The notes under the pieces are model-generated. The model did not search any database, had not been told where the DNA came from, and worked only from the letters and a program-made list of their open reading frames with translations. A stretch of DNA of 64,000 nucleotides, taken from NCBI RefSeq assembly GCF_009914755.1, contig NC_060944.1; one strand, 5' to 3'. Each line of letters starts with the position of its first letter. Position 1 is the stretch's first letter. A program made the translations under genes and the position numbers. Source of the stretch: the human T2T-CHM13v2.0 reference genome, Homo sapiens. This document shows positions 1 through 17,266 of the stretch, one piece after another.

Positions 1-185
1 GCCTGGATCCTCGCTGCTCTTTTCCACTCACACACCCTTCTCTCCGGCTTCCTCCCTCCTCCTGCTTGGATTTGGAGTAACATAGATCTGGGTTGCAGTC
101 CTGAGTCTACCTGTTCCTGTGTGACTTTGGACAAATCACTTAACCTCTCTGAACCTCTTTCCTCAACTGACAAATGGGTACATGA

Positions 186-576
<391 letters not shown>

Positions 577-609
577 AAAAACAACTTGACTGGGTGAAAA
601 GAACACTGG

Positions 610-1095
610 GTAAGAGTCAGAGAGACCTGGCCTTGGAATCTAGTTTCCACTGGAACTAGCTGTGTGAACTTGAGCAAGTTACTTAACCTCTCTGAGTTTC
701 CACTTCCTTGTCTATAGAATGGGGATCCTGAAACCCAACCCGTGAAACTGGAATGAGGCTTACCTGAAGTCATGTCCCTAAGACATTTAGTGTCTGGCAT
801 CTGGTATGTGCTACAGAAATGTTGACTGTTATTGTTATTAGCTATTATTATTCATTATTTATTGACTGTTTGCTCTGTGCCAGGCATTGTGTCAAGTGTC
901 TTAAGATGTACTAACTCATTTAATCCTCACAGCCATGCTATGAGATAGCTGCATCTTATAGATGAGGAAACTGAGGCACAGAAGGGTTAAGTAAATTGCT
1001 GATGGTCACACAGCTAAAAAGCCATGGAATTGATCCATGAACCCAGGCTATCTGGATGCAGAGCCTGCTCTATCACCCACCAAGCTGCACTGTCT
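610..1095. mobile_element. Two MIR fragments in opposite orientations
   Basis: MIR core gtgaacttgagcaagttacttaacctctctgag and its reverse gatgaggaaactgaggcacag. Confidence 0.75.
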
Positions 1096-1263
1096 CAAAT
1101 ACTACTACTTTCTGGAAGAATGTTCTCTTTGCTTGTCCAAGCCCAGAGAGAATTCCAGTAGGGGTGAGGATGGAGCAGTAGCTGAATTCAGTTGGTCAAA
1201 TCCAAGGGTGAGAAAGACGTTCTTACCCTAACGCGAGATAAATGTCCAGGGCATTAACTTGAG

Positions 1264-1865
1264 CTGGCCCAAGTGCAGTGGCCTACACAGGTAATCCCAG
1301 AACTTCGGGAGGCCAAGGTAAGAGGATTGCTTGAGCTTAGGAGTTCCAGACCAGCCTAGTCAACATAGTGAGACCTTGTCTCCACTAAACATTTTAAAAA
1401 TCAGCCGCATGGTAGCACGTGCCTATAGTCCCAGCTGCTTGGGGAAGCTGAGGCGACAGGATCATTTGAACCTGGGAGATCGAGGCTGCACTCAGTCATA
1501 ATCGTGCCACTGCACCCCAGCCTGGCCAACAGAGCAAGACCCTGTCTCAAAACTAAAATAAAAATACAAATAGGCCAGGCGCAGTGGCTCACACCTGTAA
1601 TTCCAACACTTTGGGAGGGAGTTTGAGACCAGCCTGGCCAACATGGTGAAACCCCATCTCTACTAAAAATACAAAAATTAGCCAGGCCACGGTTGTGGGT
1701 GCCTGTAATCCCAGCTACTTGGGAGCTGAGGAAGGAGAATTGCTTGAACCTGGGAGGCAGAAGTTTCAGTGAGATGAGATTGTGCCACGGCACTCCAGCC
1801 TAGGCAACAAGAGTGAAACTCTATCTCAAAATAAAATAAAATAAAAATAAATAAATAAAAATAAT
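1264..1865 (+). mobile_element. Tandem AluJ + AluS
   Basis: Two consecutive Alu dimers with A-rich tails. Confidence 0.88.
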
Positions 1866-3567
1866 TTGGGTCACCCCTGATTATTTCCTGACCCCACCCC
1901 TAATATTTTACCCATTGAAAACCTGCCAAAATGCAACTGGGACCAGCTTTCTTCAATGGGGGCAGCAGAGAGGGTCTGACTGGGATGTGGCTGTGTGTTT
2001 GCTACGAGAGTGAATTTCTGTGTTTCTGTGGATGCATGAGTGTGTGGAGTAGGCGATGGTGGTCTTGTCTGTGTGGCTGGACTGTGGGGTCTTCCTCGTT
2101 GTCTGTCTCTCAACACTGTGGAGAGGCAGTATGGGGGTGCCTGTCCCACCTCTCCCACCCACAGGATGTGTGACCCGGGGCAAATGACTCACCTCTTTGT
2201 GCCTTAGTTTCTTCATGTATATAAAAATGTGGATGATGATAATAATAGGGTTATTCTGAAGATTAAATGAGATTGCCCATGTAATGTGCTTAAAACAGTG
2301 CTGGCCACTTATGAGAAAGTAGCTAATACCATCAGCTTATATGTAGTAGACATGCTTAAGTGTGTAACCTGTGGGTTTCTGTATATTTATACAGGACACC
2401 TGTGGTGTACAATGGAGAGGATATGAGGGCCTGGCGGGGACGAGCTCTCTGTGATTTGTGGGAGGGGATGTGCTTATATGAGTGTGTGCACAAACGTGTG
2501 TGTGTGTGTGCACATACATGTGTTGTGTGTACAGCAGATGCCTGCGCCTTCTGCACATGTGCAAGGACGTTCACTGCCAGGACCCAGGTTACCACACAAA
2601 CAGTCTCCATCCCTAGGACAAGTCACTGAGGCTCACGTGTGCCTCGGTTCCTTCATCTATACAATGGGTGGAGTCACTACCCCAAAGGGAGCTGTGAGGC
2701 CCAAGTGAATTGAGGATGTGAAGTTCTGAGCCAGTGCAAAGTGCCAGTTACATAGGAGTGGCTTGTGCTATGCGTTCTGAGAGAGCCGGGCTTACTTGTT
2801 GACACTCCTGGGTTCCTAAGTGCCATGGCTGTTTGTGTCTGCCTTCCCTGGGCTGCAGAATTTGCCCTGGTGTATCGAAGATCCCACCTGTTGTTGTCCG
2901 AAGAGCCAGAATTGGGAACCTATCAAAGAGAAACTGGGAACAGCCTTCTTCAGTGGGGGCAGCAATTTCAGTTCAGTTTCTTCAGTGGGGCATCCAAGGC
3001 CCAAAGAAGGATAAGAACTTGCCTTAAGACACCCAGCACACTGGAGGCAGAGACGGGGCTAGATCGAACGAGTCTCTCTTGTCCTTCTGGCATAGTGGGA
3101 GAGCCCCCATAGGGGTCAGGGGTCGCAGCCCTCACCCCTCACTGCTCTGCCCTCCCCACCTTCCCCAGCATCCAGCAGGAAGGTCACTGCTCCAGCAGGA
3201 AGGTGTGTGCTTTGGCAGCCGCACTGTCTGGGCTGCCTGTGGTGGGAATTCCACATGTCTGGAGAGGACCCGTCTGGAGTAGCCCAGTCCCAGCCCCCAG
3301 CCCTGCTTCGCCAGCTGGCCCAGGGTTTGGCCTGCTGCCCCGAGACTAGGTTCAGCCTGGGAATCCTCAGAGCTTGCTAGAAGAGTAGTCTGAGGATTGC
3401 AAATTCTTCACCTGTGTTTTTTATATAACACCTTTCTGTTGTAAGTCTATCCCCTTCTATTACAAAAGTAATGCATTTTATTTTTGGGGAATACAAGTAA
3501 TGAAAGAGGAGAAAATTGAACTCTTTCTTAACCTAGGACTTCAGCAACTCAGAGACTGAGACTTTAA

Positions 3568-3568
<1 letters not shown>

Positions 3569-3600
<32 letters not shown>

Positions 3601-3760
3601 CGTCCATTATCTACATACTCATACATTCACCTGGGGACACATTTGACTCAAGAACACTCAAACACACACACATGTAAGTATACTTGCACACACATACACA
3701 AGTGCATACATACTCTCACAAGTACACACGTACACACAAACACATTCACACACACATTCC
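3569..3760 (+). repeat. (CA)n microsatellite and CA-rich low-complexity tract
   Basis: Visible CA repeats. Confidence 0.85.
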
Positions 3761-4129
3761 TAGAGTGCACACAGTGTGCCAGCCACTGTACTAAGGCTCC
3801 ACAAATGTTCACTCATTTCATCTTCGCAGTAATGCTACAAGGTAGGCACCGCTATTTCTCCCATTTTACAGATGAGGCACACAATGGTTGAGTAACGTGC
3901 CCAACACCTAGTTAGTGAGGGGGTGGGATAAGGGAAATTTGAACCCAGATTTGTGGGCTTAATTCATTTGCTAATGAATAGGCTGTGTTTGAGTGGCATC
4001 ATAACGAACATCACCCTAGGCTTTTTTCCTTATGCATCTATATTTGGTTTGGTTAGAAAATGGCATCTTTGGCTGATACAAAAAAATTAGCCAAGTATGG
4101 TGGTGCGTGCCCGTGGCCCCAGCTATTCA

Positions 4130-4285
<156 letters not shown>

Positions 4286-5177
4286 CTACTAAAAAATACA
4301 AAAATTAGCCAGGTGTGGTGGTGTGCACCTGTAGCCCCAGCTACTTAGGAGGCTGAGGCAGGAGAATCGAGGTTGCAGTGAGCCGAGATTGCGCCACTGC
4401 ACTCCAGCCTGGGCGACAAAGTGAGACAAAAAACAGAAAGAAAAAAAAAAGGAAAGGAAAAGGAAAAGGCATCCTTTTAGATACTAACCAGGCCTGGGGT
4501 CAGATCTGGACTTAAATCCTGGCGTGATTGCAGACTGGCTGGCTTGACTTTGGGCTTGTTCTTTCTCCTCTCTGGGGCTCAGTTTCCTCATCTATGAAAT
4601 GGGGAGCTATAGTACCTGCTTCTGAAGGTTGGCTGGGCTTTTGTGTAAAGCACTCAGCCCTGGGCCTGGCACATAGCAGGGGCTCACTAGATGGGCCATA
4701 TTAACTGTCTGCTCCAAGGCTGGAGGGTGTTATAGGGAAAACAGTCAGAAAATACTCTCCAGATGCAAGGTGGCCTTAATATGTCAGGATGTGGAAGGCA
4801 GAGAGAAGCCTCGGGGTCTGGGATCTCCCATAGGGGATGAGTATTTTTTCCTGGAATCCCTGCCCTGTTGCCACATCACTACCCTGACCATTTGCCCAGC
4901 CCAGCCCTACATGCTTCAGGTGAAAGCAGAGAGAGAGGGGCGGGAGAGAAAAGCCCATCAAGCAGCAGGCGGAGCCTCCCTGCAGGAGTCTGGCCTGGCT
5001 GGAAGGGGAGGGGGCTGTGGGGCCAGGGACGTCAGATGCCAACAGCACCAGGGGACCGTTAAAGTTGCTGCGCCGCCAGGTGGGCCAGGGTGTCTGCAGA
5101 GGTCCCCGGCCTCCTGGGCTGCCGCCTGCCACCGCTTGGGCTGCCCGTCCTGGGTACGCACCGTTGGAGCCTCCTGC

Positions 5178-5435
5178 CTGGTCTCTCGTGCTTCTCTGTC
5201 TCTTCTCTAAGTCGATTTTTCGCTCTTTCTTCTGTTTGTGCCCCTCTCTCTGTCTATTTCTGTCCTCCCCCAGCCACATTGTTGCCTCTCTCTCATTCTC
5301 TCTTATCTCTTTACCTTTCTATTTCTCATTCTTTTTTCTCTGTAACTCTTTTTTTCTGTCCCCTTTTTGGTCTCTCTTTTTTCTCTGCCTCTTTCATTCT
5401 CTGCCATTGGGTTTTCTCTGTGTCTCATTCTCAAT
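5178..5435 (+). repeat. CT-rich low-complexity tract upstream of R3HDML
   Basis: About 250 nt, mostly pyrimidine. Confidence 0.8.
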
Positions 5436-5895
5436 TCCTAAATTGCAGCAAAGCAGGGACAAAAGGACCTTGCAATATGACTTGGGGTAAGGTGGGCCCT
5501 GCCCTCCGAGGGCATTGACTGAGCCCGCTCCAGCAGGATTGGTGAAGAGGATGTCTAGACTGGAGAGGGCTGCTGTCTGTCTCCTGGGCTGGAGGGACAG
5601 AGCACTGGCTTTGAAGTGGTGGCACCATCTCACCCCAGGGCCATGTCTGGATTAGCCACTGTCTGGGCATTTCTTCCCCTTGCCCAACCCACTCAGTCCC
5701 CTGGGGTGGAAAGGAAGGGGTGCTGGGCATCTGGACCAGAGCTGCATCTGGAGGTCTTTGCCAAGTTCCCAGGAGGCAGCATCCTCTGGGTCGGCACTGT
5801 TGGAGAACGCTCAGGGTCTGGTGCTCTCGTGCCTGCCCCTTCCAGGCAGCCGGCTCTGATTGCACAAGGCAGACCTGTGACTCCTCCATCCAGCT

Positions 5896-6156
5896 ATGCC
5901 CCTGCTGCCCAGCACCGTGGGCCTGGCAGGCCTGCTCTTCTGGGCTGGCCAGGCAGTGAACGCCTTGATAATGCCTAATGCTACCCCAGCCCCGGCCCAG
6001 CCCGAGAGCACGGCTATGCGGCTCCTGAGTGGCCTGGAGGTGCCCAGGTACCGCCGGAAGCGCCACATCTCTGTGAGAGACATGAATGCCTTACTGGATT
6101 ATCACAACCACATCCGGGCCAGTGTGTACCCACCTGCCGCCAACATGGAATACATG
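5896..6156 (+). CDS. R3HDML: R3HDML exon 1 coding part: signal peptide, propeptide with furin site RRKR, start of CAP domain
   Basis: ATG at 5896 gives MPLLPSTVGLAGLLFWAGQAVNA...RYRRKRHIS...LLDYHNHIRASVYPPAANMEYM, matching the CAP-family HNxxR...PPAANM motif. Donor ATG|gtgagt at 6157. 261 nt, phase 0. Confidence 0.97.
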
Positions 6157-7526
6157 GTGAGTCCCCGTACCTGCCCCCCACCCCCCGCAGTGTCCCTTCC
6201 GGCAAACGCAGCCGGACTCATCTTGGCCTAGAATGACTGGCTTTGAAGAGCTGGACCACTTGCCTGCCTGGCCCCACTAGCCAGTATCTGGGTGTCGACC
6301 TGTGGAAAGGGCAGGAGTTAATCTGCCCATTTTACAGATGAGGAAACCAAGAAGGTTGCACAGCTGTTCCAGTGAGTCAGGCATGTGACTACTATGTAAG
6401 GAGCACCACTGTGCGCCAGGCACTGCACGTGAGTATCATCTCCATTTTCCAGAGGAAGAAACTGAGACTCAGAGAATTAATTTGCCCAGCCAGGATTTCA
6501 ATCCAGGTCTGCCTGCTGCCACCTGGCACCATCACAACTGTAACCATCACAATCCCCTACCCAAGAATTTTGGCTCCCCACACTGGGGACCTGCATGGGG
6601 TGCGTGGCTGGTGCTTTCTATGCTATTGTCTCTTTACCCTAAGGTCTTGACTGACACACCCACAGCATCCTCCACAAGCCCCTGGAGGCAGGCTTGGAGC
6701 AGTGGGGACAGGTACTGGGGAATCTCAGGCTGAGGAAAACCAACAGCTGACCAGCAGAGGAAGCTGGGATGTCTCCCCTCAAAGAGGCAGGGCTGGTGGC
6801 TCTCACTCCAGCCCCCAAGAAGTCAAAGGAGGGCACCAACCTTTTGCTTACAGCTCCTCCCCCAGGGCCACTGTCCAAAACCAGCCTAGAGGGATGGGTT
6901 TCCAGCCCACCCAGAGATGTCTTTAGGGAAAGAGTTTGCCAGTCTGCCCCCTGAAAGACCAACACATGCCACTCGATAGCCTGAAAACTTAACTTTTTCA
7001 TCGTATCCATTGACTTATACTTGGAGTACACTTGCAGCCAGGCACCGTGCTAAGCCTTGTGGATACTGCTGGTAACAGAATAGACAAGGCCCCTTCCTTC
7101 ACGAAGGTGACATTTTAGTGGGAATAAGAGAAAACAAGCATGAACAACAAGATATTAATGTACATAAGATAACGTGAGGAGGCAATACAGTGTTGGGAGG
7201 GGCGGGAATAAGAGCCGGGATGGCAGGCAGCTAGAGTGCAGGGGAGTCATTGACTTGTTCATTCATTCGTTAGCACCTAGAATGCCCTCCATTTTTCAAA
7301 CAAATGGCACATTTATTGAGCACCCGTTGTGCGTGTGTGGCACCTGCCCCAACAGGTGTTTAATGATTGCAGGCGGCATGGAGCAGAGAGGGTTCAATAT
7401 CTCACCAGGGACTCCAGGGAGGGCCTGAACATGTAGGTTTGATGTTTAGCCTGCTCCTTCCCTCACTTTACCCCTTTGTAGCATGAGGGAAGCACTCCTC
7501 TGCTCTCCCTAAAAGACTGAGCCAGA

Positions 7527-7822
7527 GAGCCGGGCGCAGTGGCTCACGCCAGTAATCCCAGCACTTTGGGAGGCCGAGGTGGGTGAATCACCTGAGGTCA
7601 GGAGTTCCAGACCAGCCTGGCCAACATGGTGAAACCCAGTCTGTACTAAAAATACAAAAATTAGCTGGGTGTGGTGATGAGCGCCTGTAATCCCAAGCTA
7701 CTTGAGAGGTGGAGGCAGGAGAATCGCTTGAACCTGGGAGGCCGAGGTTGCAGTGAGCCGAGATCCAGCCAGCCTGGATGACAAGAGTGAAACTCTATCT
7801 AAAAAAAAAAAAAAAAAAAAAA
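7527..7822 (+). mobile_element. AluSx
   Basis: Alu dimer with poly(A). Confidence 0.9.
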
Positions 7823-8309
7823 TATTGGGCCAGACAACCCTGGTAGATACCTGGACCCCTCTTTGGATGCCCCATTTCTCCCTCCCTAGCTGACTTCTAC
7901 TCACAGAACAGGCTGTCCAACTCGACAGCCTTTGCCCTAGCAGCCCTTCTCTCACTGCCGCAAGAAAGTTTGGCTCCCATTTCTCACTCTCACACCGACC
8001 AGGACTGTAATAATCAATGACTTGTTGAAGGCCTTGTTGCCTTGCTACCCTGAGTCCTCAGTGCCTAGAGATGTTGTTTGATATTTGATGAATGAACAAA
8101 TCCTATTTCAGAGAATCCCAGGAAGTCAGAGATGGAAGGGAACTAGTATTTTAATGACATATTTTCTGGTTATAAAACTTGGAGAATTCATACATTGGAA
8201 AATTACAAAACTGTTAAGGAGGATGAGGAGGGCATTCACCATGTAGTGATGGGGAATAATCACTAAGACAAAAGAGCAAGGTGCAGAATAGAATATGCTG
8301 CCATTTGCC

Positions 8310-8344
<35 letters not shown>

Positions 8345-8429
8345 CTGTGTGTGTGTGTATATATAGAGAGCTGCTTGTACAGGTATAGAATATATACCTG
8401 TATACAGAGGACACAAGAAGCAGTGGTGA

Positions 8430-9127
<698 letters not shown>

Positions 9128-9232
9128 GCGGATATCTTACATATTAAAATTATGCATATTTTCACGATTTAAAAAAGCTTTTGACTTAACCATTTTCAAT
9201 GTTAAAATAAACACATTTAGAAAATACTACAA

Positions 9233-9585
9233 GGCCGGGTGCGATCCACCTGCTTCAGCCTCCCGAAGTGCCCTGTAATCCCAGCACTTTGGGATGCTGA
9301 GGCAGGTGAATTGTTTGAGGCCAGGAGTTGGAGACTAGCCTGGGCAACATGGCAAAACCCTGTCTCTACAAAAATTAGCCAGGTGTGGTGGCATGCGCCT
9401 GCAGTCCCAGCTACTCAGGAGGCTGAGGTGGGAGGATCGCCTCTCACCTCACCACCTCCCACTGTACCAGGAGGCAGAGGTTGCAGTGAGCTGCGATCGC
9501 ACCACTGCACTCCAGCTTGGGTGACAGAGTGAGATCCTGTCTCAAAAAAGAAAAGAAAAGAAAAAAAGAAAGAAAGAAAAAGAAA
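9233..9585 (+). mobile_element. AluJ with rearranged 5' end
   Basis: Alu dimer with an inverted insert at 9243-9271. Confidence 0.85.
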
Positions 9586-9933
9586 ATACTATAAGTACAA
9601 TTTAAGAATTAGTTATTTTCTCATCCTTCTGGGTTCAGTCACTTCTAGGGACTGCTGAGAACTCCTGTACGAACACCCTGGGACCTGCTCAGAGCAGAGC
9701 CCAAGCTCAGAGTCAAGAGATCTGGGTGTGGACCCCAGCTCTGGTATGGACTCATGGTTGCCCTTCAAGTCATCAGCGAGCTGAGCCTCAGTCTTCTACT
9801 TTGTCACGTGGGTTTGTTGCAGGGTTCCAGGGAGATGGGGTAGAAACGGCACCAGGTAAATGTGCATCTCTGGACACAGTTGTGACGATGGTGGCAATTC
9901 CCCTGGGGAATTTCATTGCCTTTCTTTCCCCAG

Positions 9934-10052
9934 GTCTGGGACAAGCGGCTGGCCAGGGCTGCCGAAGCCTGGGCCACCCAGTGCATCTGGGCACATGGGC
10001 CTTCACAGCTGATGAGATACGTGGGCCAGAACCTCTCCATCCATTCTGGCCA
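9934..10052 (+). CDS. R3HDML: R3HDML exon 2
   Basis: Acceptor tttctttccccag| then VWDKRLARAAEAWATQCIWAHGPSQLMRYVGQNLSIHSG, donor ca|gtgagt. 119 nt; contains the CAP motifs W..LA..A..WA..C...H and GQNL. Confidence 0.96.
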
Positions 10053-10339
10053 GTGAGTGACCCTCTGCCCTTCCTTCACTCAGTCATTCAACAAATACTC
10101 ATTGAACACTTACTCTGTACCAGGTGCTGCACTTGACACTGGGATACAGTGGCGAGCAAGGCAGACAAGCTCTCCACCTGCAGGGAGCCTGCATTCTAGT
10201 TAGAAGGGGCAGGCAAAACCCTAACAAAGTTGTGTATACATTGAATTGAGGCAAGTCTTGTTTGGTTTGAGAACAAACAAGTGCACAGATTGTGGTGGAA
10301 AGTGAGGAGGGATTGGAAGACTAAGAAAATAGGATAAGG

Positions 10340-10744
<405 letters not shown>

Positions 10745-11379
10745 TCAGATTCCGGGGACCTTCTGATCTGGGTAGCCTTGGGAAGTTATTTCCACTTTCT
10801 AAACCTTGGTGTCCCTGTTTGTAAAACAAAGTTGTTAGCCTAGCTCAGTTCTTTCCAGACTTGTGGATTTCACAGGCCTATAAAATTGCAAAAAGAAATC
10901 TGTGAGACTGCCACACAATTGTCAGATTTTTATTTTGCCAAATAAGGATGTCAGAAAAACAACTACCTTCCCATCCTCGCCATTCTGCCATCACCCCGGG
11001 GAGAGTGGGAAAGAATTAAGGCCAGTCCCTTCAAGTGAGCTCAGTGGAAATTCAGGGCCCTGTCTGTGTTTTTTCATGTCCTTCACTGGTCACAACCAGC
11101 ACCAGCCTCTGAGAGCCGTGAATGGTCACTCAGAGCCCTACAGAGCAGACATCGGGTGATTCAGTCCTGCCTCCATTTCACTTTCCCTCTCCCCCGCTGC
11201 TGAACTCTTCCTGCCAGACTCCACCCCTACCCATGGCCACCATTTGAGAGGCTCACAGAGAGAAAGAAAGCAGTGTTAGACACGAAGCTGTGCTGTCGTA
11301 AATTATGAATGTGCATTCTTCCAGATTTTCTCCCTCTTTAGTCATTTATGTATATTTTTATATATTTGTGCCCCTGTCA

Positions 11380-11709
<330 letters not shown>

Positions 11710-12114
11710 TCAGGTCCTCCCAGATGGCTTTTCAGACTACAGAGGTTATCTCTGGGTGACACACCAGTATCTGCCTTCTCCTCACATCTCAGAGGCCTAG
11801 GAGATCATCCGAGGAGCCCTTCCTTTCCTAAAAATGCAAGCTCCCCCGTCTGAGATGCACCTCCTGCCCGGCCCTCTGTATAACAGTAACACGTATCCTT
11901 TTTTGAGGACTTACCACTTGCCAGGTACAGGGAGGCACTTCACATGGGTTCAGAACATGCCTGTGAGGCAGGGCCACTGCCCTCATGCTCACAGATAGGA
12001 AACTGAGATGGGGGAAAGGAAGCAAAGTGATCACCCAAGGTCACCAGCAAGTTGGCGGCCGAGCCACTTTTCCATCCTCTCACCCAGCTTCTTCCGTGTC
12101 CCCCGCCTCCCCAG

Positions 12115-12247
12115 GTACCGGTCCGTAGTGGATCTCATGAAGTCCTGGTCTGAGGAGAAGTGGCATTACTTGTTTCCGGCCCCAAGGGACTGTAACCCAC
12201 ACTGCCCCTGGCGCTGCGATGGCCCCACCTGCTCCCATTATACCCAG
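12115..12247 (+). CDS. R3HDML: R3HDML exon 3
   Basis: Acceptor ccgcctccccag|; (Q)YRSVVDLMKSWSEEKWHYLFPAPRDCNPHCPWRCDGPTCSHYTQ; donor cag|gtactc. 133 nt restores phase 0. Confidence 0.96.
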
Positions 12248-12419
12248 GTACTCCTCCGTCAGGGCTGAGGGCCCCTGGGATAACACATCCTGGCGCCTTA
12301 GAAGAAAAGGAATGTGTGGAGCAGAAATAAGAATGCAAACAAAGACCGTTATGAGCTTCTTTTCACCAAAGAGGCATATTCCTGGAAAGTTGTGTGCACA
12401 ATGAATTGAGGTGAATCTT

Positions 12420-13565
<1,146 letters not shown>

Positions 13566-13576
13566 GAAAATATATT

Positions 13577-13666
13577 GGCTAGTCTGAAGGTAGTGAGTTC
13601 TCTCAATTGATTGTTTACAGTCAGTTACAGATCCAACTTCCTTCTCGCGACTGCACTTGACTGAGT
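13577..13666 (+). pseudogene. Y1 RNA (RNY1) retropseudogene with internal deletion
   Basis: ggctagtctgaaggtagtgagttctctcaattgattgtttacagtcagttacagatc...ctgcacttgact closely matches human Y1 RNA. About 20 nt of the pyrimidine loop is missing. A-rich tail and TSD agaaaatatat. Confidence 0.9.
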
Positions 13667-14000
13667 GCAGTATGAAATGAAAGAAAGAAAATATATCACA
13701 CATGATAACATGATAAGGCTAGTGATTTGTAAAACTCTTGTTCAAATTGTGTGTATGTGTGTGTCTGTTTGTACACCTGTAACAATATAAAAATTATTCC
13801 TTACTGTTGGTTGTAATAAAAAGAAAACATTGAGAAACATCATGTTACAATATAAATGCCTCCGTTTCCTCCCCCAACACCTTGGAACAGGCAGACTGTC
13901 TCTCCCAGGAAGACCTCACCTAATGCAACTGTACAACCCCAGGGAGCCTGGGTCCCACTGAGCCCTTCTCATAGCCCCCTCTGTCTCTGTCCTTCACCAG

Positions 14001-14116
14001 ATGGTGTGGGCATCCTCCAATCGGCTGGGCTGTGCCATCCACACCTGTAGTAGCATCAGTGTCTGGGGCAACACCTGGCATCGGGCGGCATACCTGGTCT
14101 GCAACTATGCCATTAA
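14001..14116 (+). CDS. R3HDML: R3HDML exon 4
   Basis: Acceptor ccttcaccag|; MVWASSNRLGCAIHTCSSISVWGNTWHRAAYLVCNYAI(K) completes the CRISP signatures HYTQMVW and LVCNY; donor aa|gtaagt. 116 nt. Confidence 0.96.
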
Positions 14117-14258
14117 GTAAGTGCCTGCACCAAGGCAAAGAGGGCCCTGGGGCCGGCGGGTGGGTCCTGAGAATTCAAAGAAAGATACGCTCCATATCCC
14201 TTCTTCATTCTAAGTGCCCTCAATACCATATAATTTGGGTAGTTTTAAGAGTTTACTA

Positions 14259-14375
<117 letters not shown>

Positions 14376-14474
14376 TTAAAAAAAAAAATTAGCTGAGTGT
14401 CATGGTGATCATCTGTAGTCCTAGATACTGGGGGAGGGGTGAGGCGGGAGGGTCACTTGAGCCCAGGAGGTTGA

Positions 14475-14960
<486 letters not shown>

Positions 14961-15660
14961 TAACCCTCCTCACTTCAGCCTCTCAAGTAGCTGGGACTAC
15001 AGGTGAATGCCACCATGCCTCGCTAATTTTTTGTAGAGACGGTGTCTCACTATGTTGCCCAGGCTGGTCTTGAACTCCTAGGCTCAAGCAGTCCTCCTTC
15101 CAAGGTCTCCCAAAGTGCTGGGATTACAGGCGTGAGCCACCCTACCCAGCCCAATAATCCTTTTCCTTTACCCAAGTTTGAGAATCACTGGGAAATAGAC
15201 AGGATTGACACAGGTGGAAAGACAGTGTTGCTGAAGTCAGTAGTGGAGAATGTGGCTTACATCTGCCAATACACCAGCCAACTAGGCTTACAAATATCTC
15301 ACTACTGAATTAGACCTACACATCCAGTGGCAGGTAACACTGGATAGCCAAAGGCCCCTTCTTAGAAGTACAGTGCCAGCCCTCTAAGCTTACGACAAGA
15401 AAAATACAGCCAAGAACACATGCTCCCTGCAGGCAGGCAGATCCCAAAGAAAAGGAAGGAGGAATGAGTGTGCTTAGCTTCTCCAGTTTGCTGGGTGGGA
15501 GAGTTTAGGAGATGCCTGCATACAAGCCTCTTGGAAACAGGGAGCAAGCGTAATGAAACTTGCAGACGTTCCAGATTCTCATAGAAAAACAAGAACAGGC
15601 CAGGAGCAGTGTCTTACACCTGCAATCCCAGCACTTTGGGGGGCTGAGGCGAGTGAATCA

Positions 15661-16053
<393 letters not shown>

Positions 16054-17139
16054 TCAAGCAATCCTCCCGCCTCACCCTCCTGAGTAGCTGGGAGTACAGG
16101 CATGCACCATTACACCTGGCTAATTTTTAACATTTTTGTAGAGATGGGGGGCTCATTATGTTGCCTAGGCTGGTCTTGAACTCCTGGCCTCAAGCAATCT
16201 CCCTACTTGGACTCCCAAAGTGCTGGGATTATAGGTGTGAGCCACCCACCGTGCCTGCCCTAGAATTCCAAAATTATATAATAACCACATTTTACTGTCA
16301 CATAGCCTTTAATCATTTACAAACTACTTTCACACTATCTCATTGAAGAGATGAAAGAAAGAAGGAAAAAGGGGGGAACCCTAGGAGGACATTCTTTTTA
16401 CAAATTAAGAAATTGAGGCTCAGGCAGGTTGAGTAATTTACCAAATGTCACAAAGCCAACAAGTAGTAGAGCTGGTTCAGAAGAATCAGTCTTTTGATTC
16501 CAAATTCCAAATTCTTTCTATTGTATTATTCTGATGTTCTTGAAGTCATTAGTAGCCTGAAACAAATTCTCAAAACAGGATACTTGTTATTTGTTAGAAA
16601 TGGCATCTATTGACAATGTGTCACGTTACAGCCCAGCTTTATCAGAGACAGAAAAATACAAGAAACCAAATTTCATTACAAATAGCGTCTAATTTTTTTT
16701 TTTTTTTTTTTTTTTTTTGGAGGCAGGGTCTTGCTGTGTTACCTAGGCTCGGAAGTACAGTGGCATGGTCACAGCTCACGGCAGCCTCAACCTCCCAGGC
16801 TCAAGTTTTCTAGTTTGTTTGTTGACATATCAAATGTTTGAAGCATTGAGTGTTATCAGTATAGTTGTTAAGATTTTTAGCCTCTGGGGCCAAGACTACC
16901 AGGGTTCAAATGTGTGATCTTACTTAACTTCTCTACTCCTGTTTCTTCATCTGCAAAATGGGAATAAAATAATACCCAATCTTGGAATTGAGTGAGATAA
17001 CACAGGTAATGCCCCCAGGCTCATAAGTGGGAAATACAGATTGGTTACTATTGTTATTACCAGGCCTAGGTTTGATTCCCCTCTGCAATGCATCTACTAA
17101 GCATTTGAATACATCATTTTATCTTGACAGGCTTCGGCC

Positions 17140-17266
17140 TTCCCCTTCCCCTTCCTTTCTTTCCTTCCCCTTTCCTTTTCCCTTTTTCCTTTCCCTTTTC
17201 CCCTTTCTCCTTTTCCCTTTCTCCTTTCCTTTCCTTTCCTTTCCTTTCCTTTCCTTTCTTTTCTTC
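17140..17266 (+). repeat. (TTTCC)n-type polypyrimidine tract (expanded Alu tail)
   Basis: About 125 nt of pure C/T. Confidence 0.85.

Noticed and set aside
4770-5518. Several overlapping 140-167 aa ORFs upstream of R3HDML
   Set aside because: Arise from GC-rich and CT low-complexity sequence that lacks stops; no convincing splice or homology evidence.
5431-6066. 211-aa minus-strand ORF
   Set aside because: Antisense shadow of GC-rich R3HDML exon 1 and promoter; no recognisable domain.
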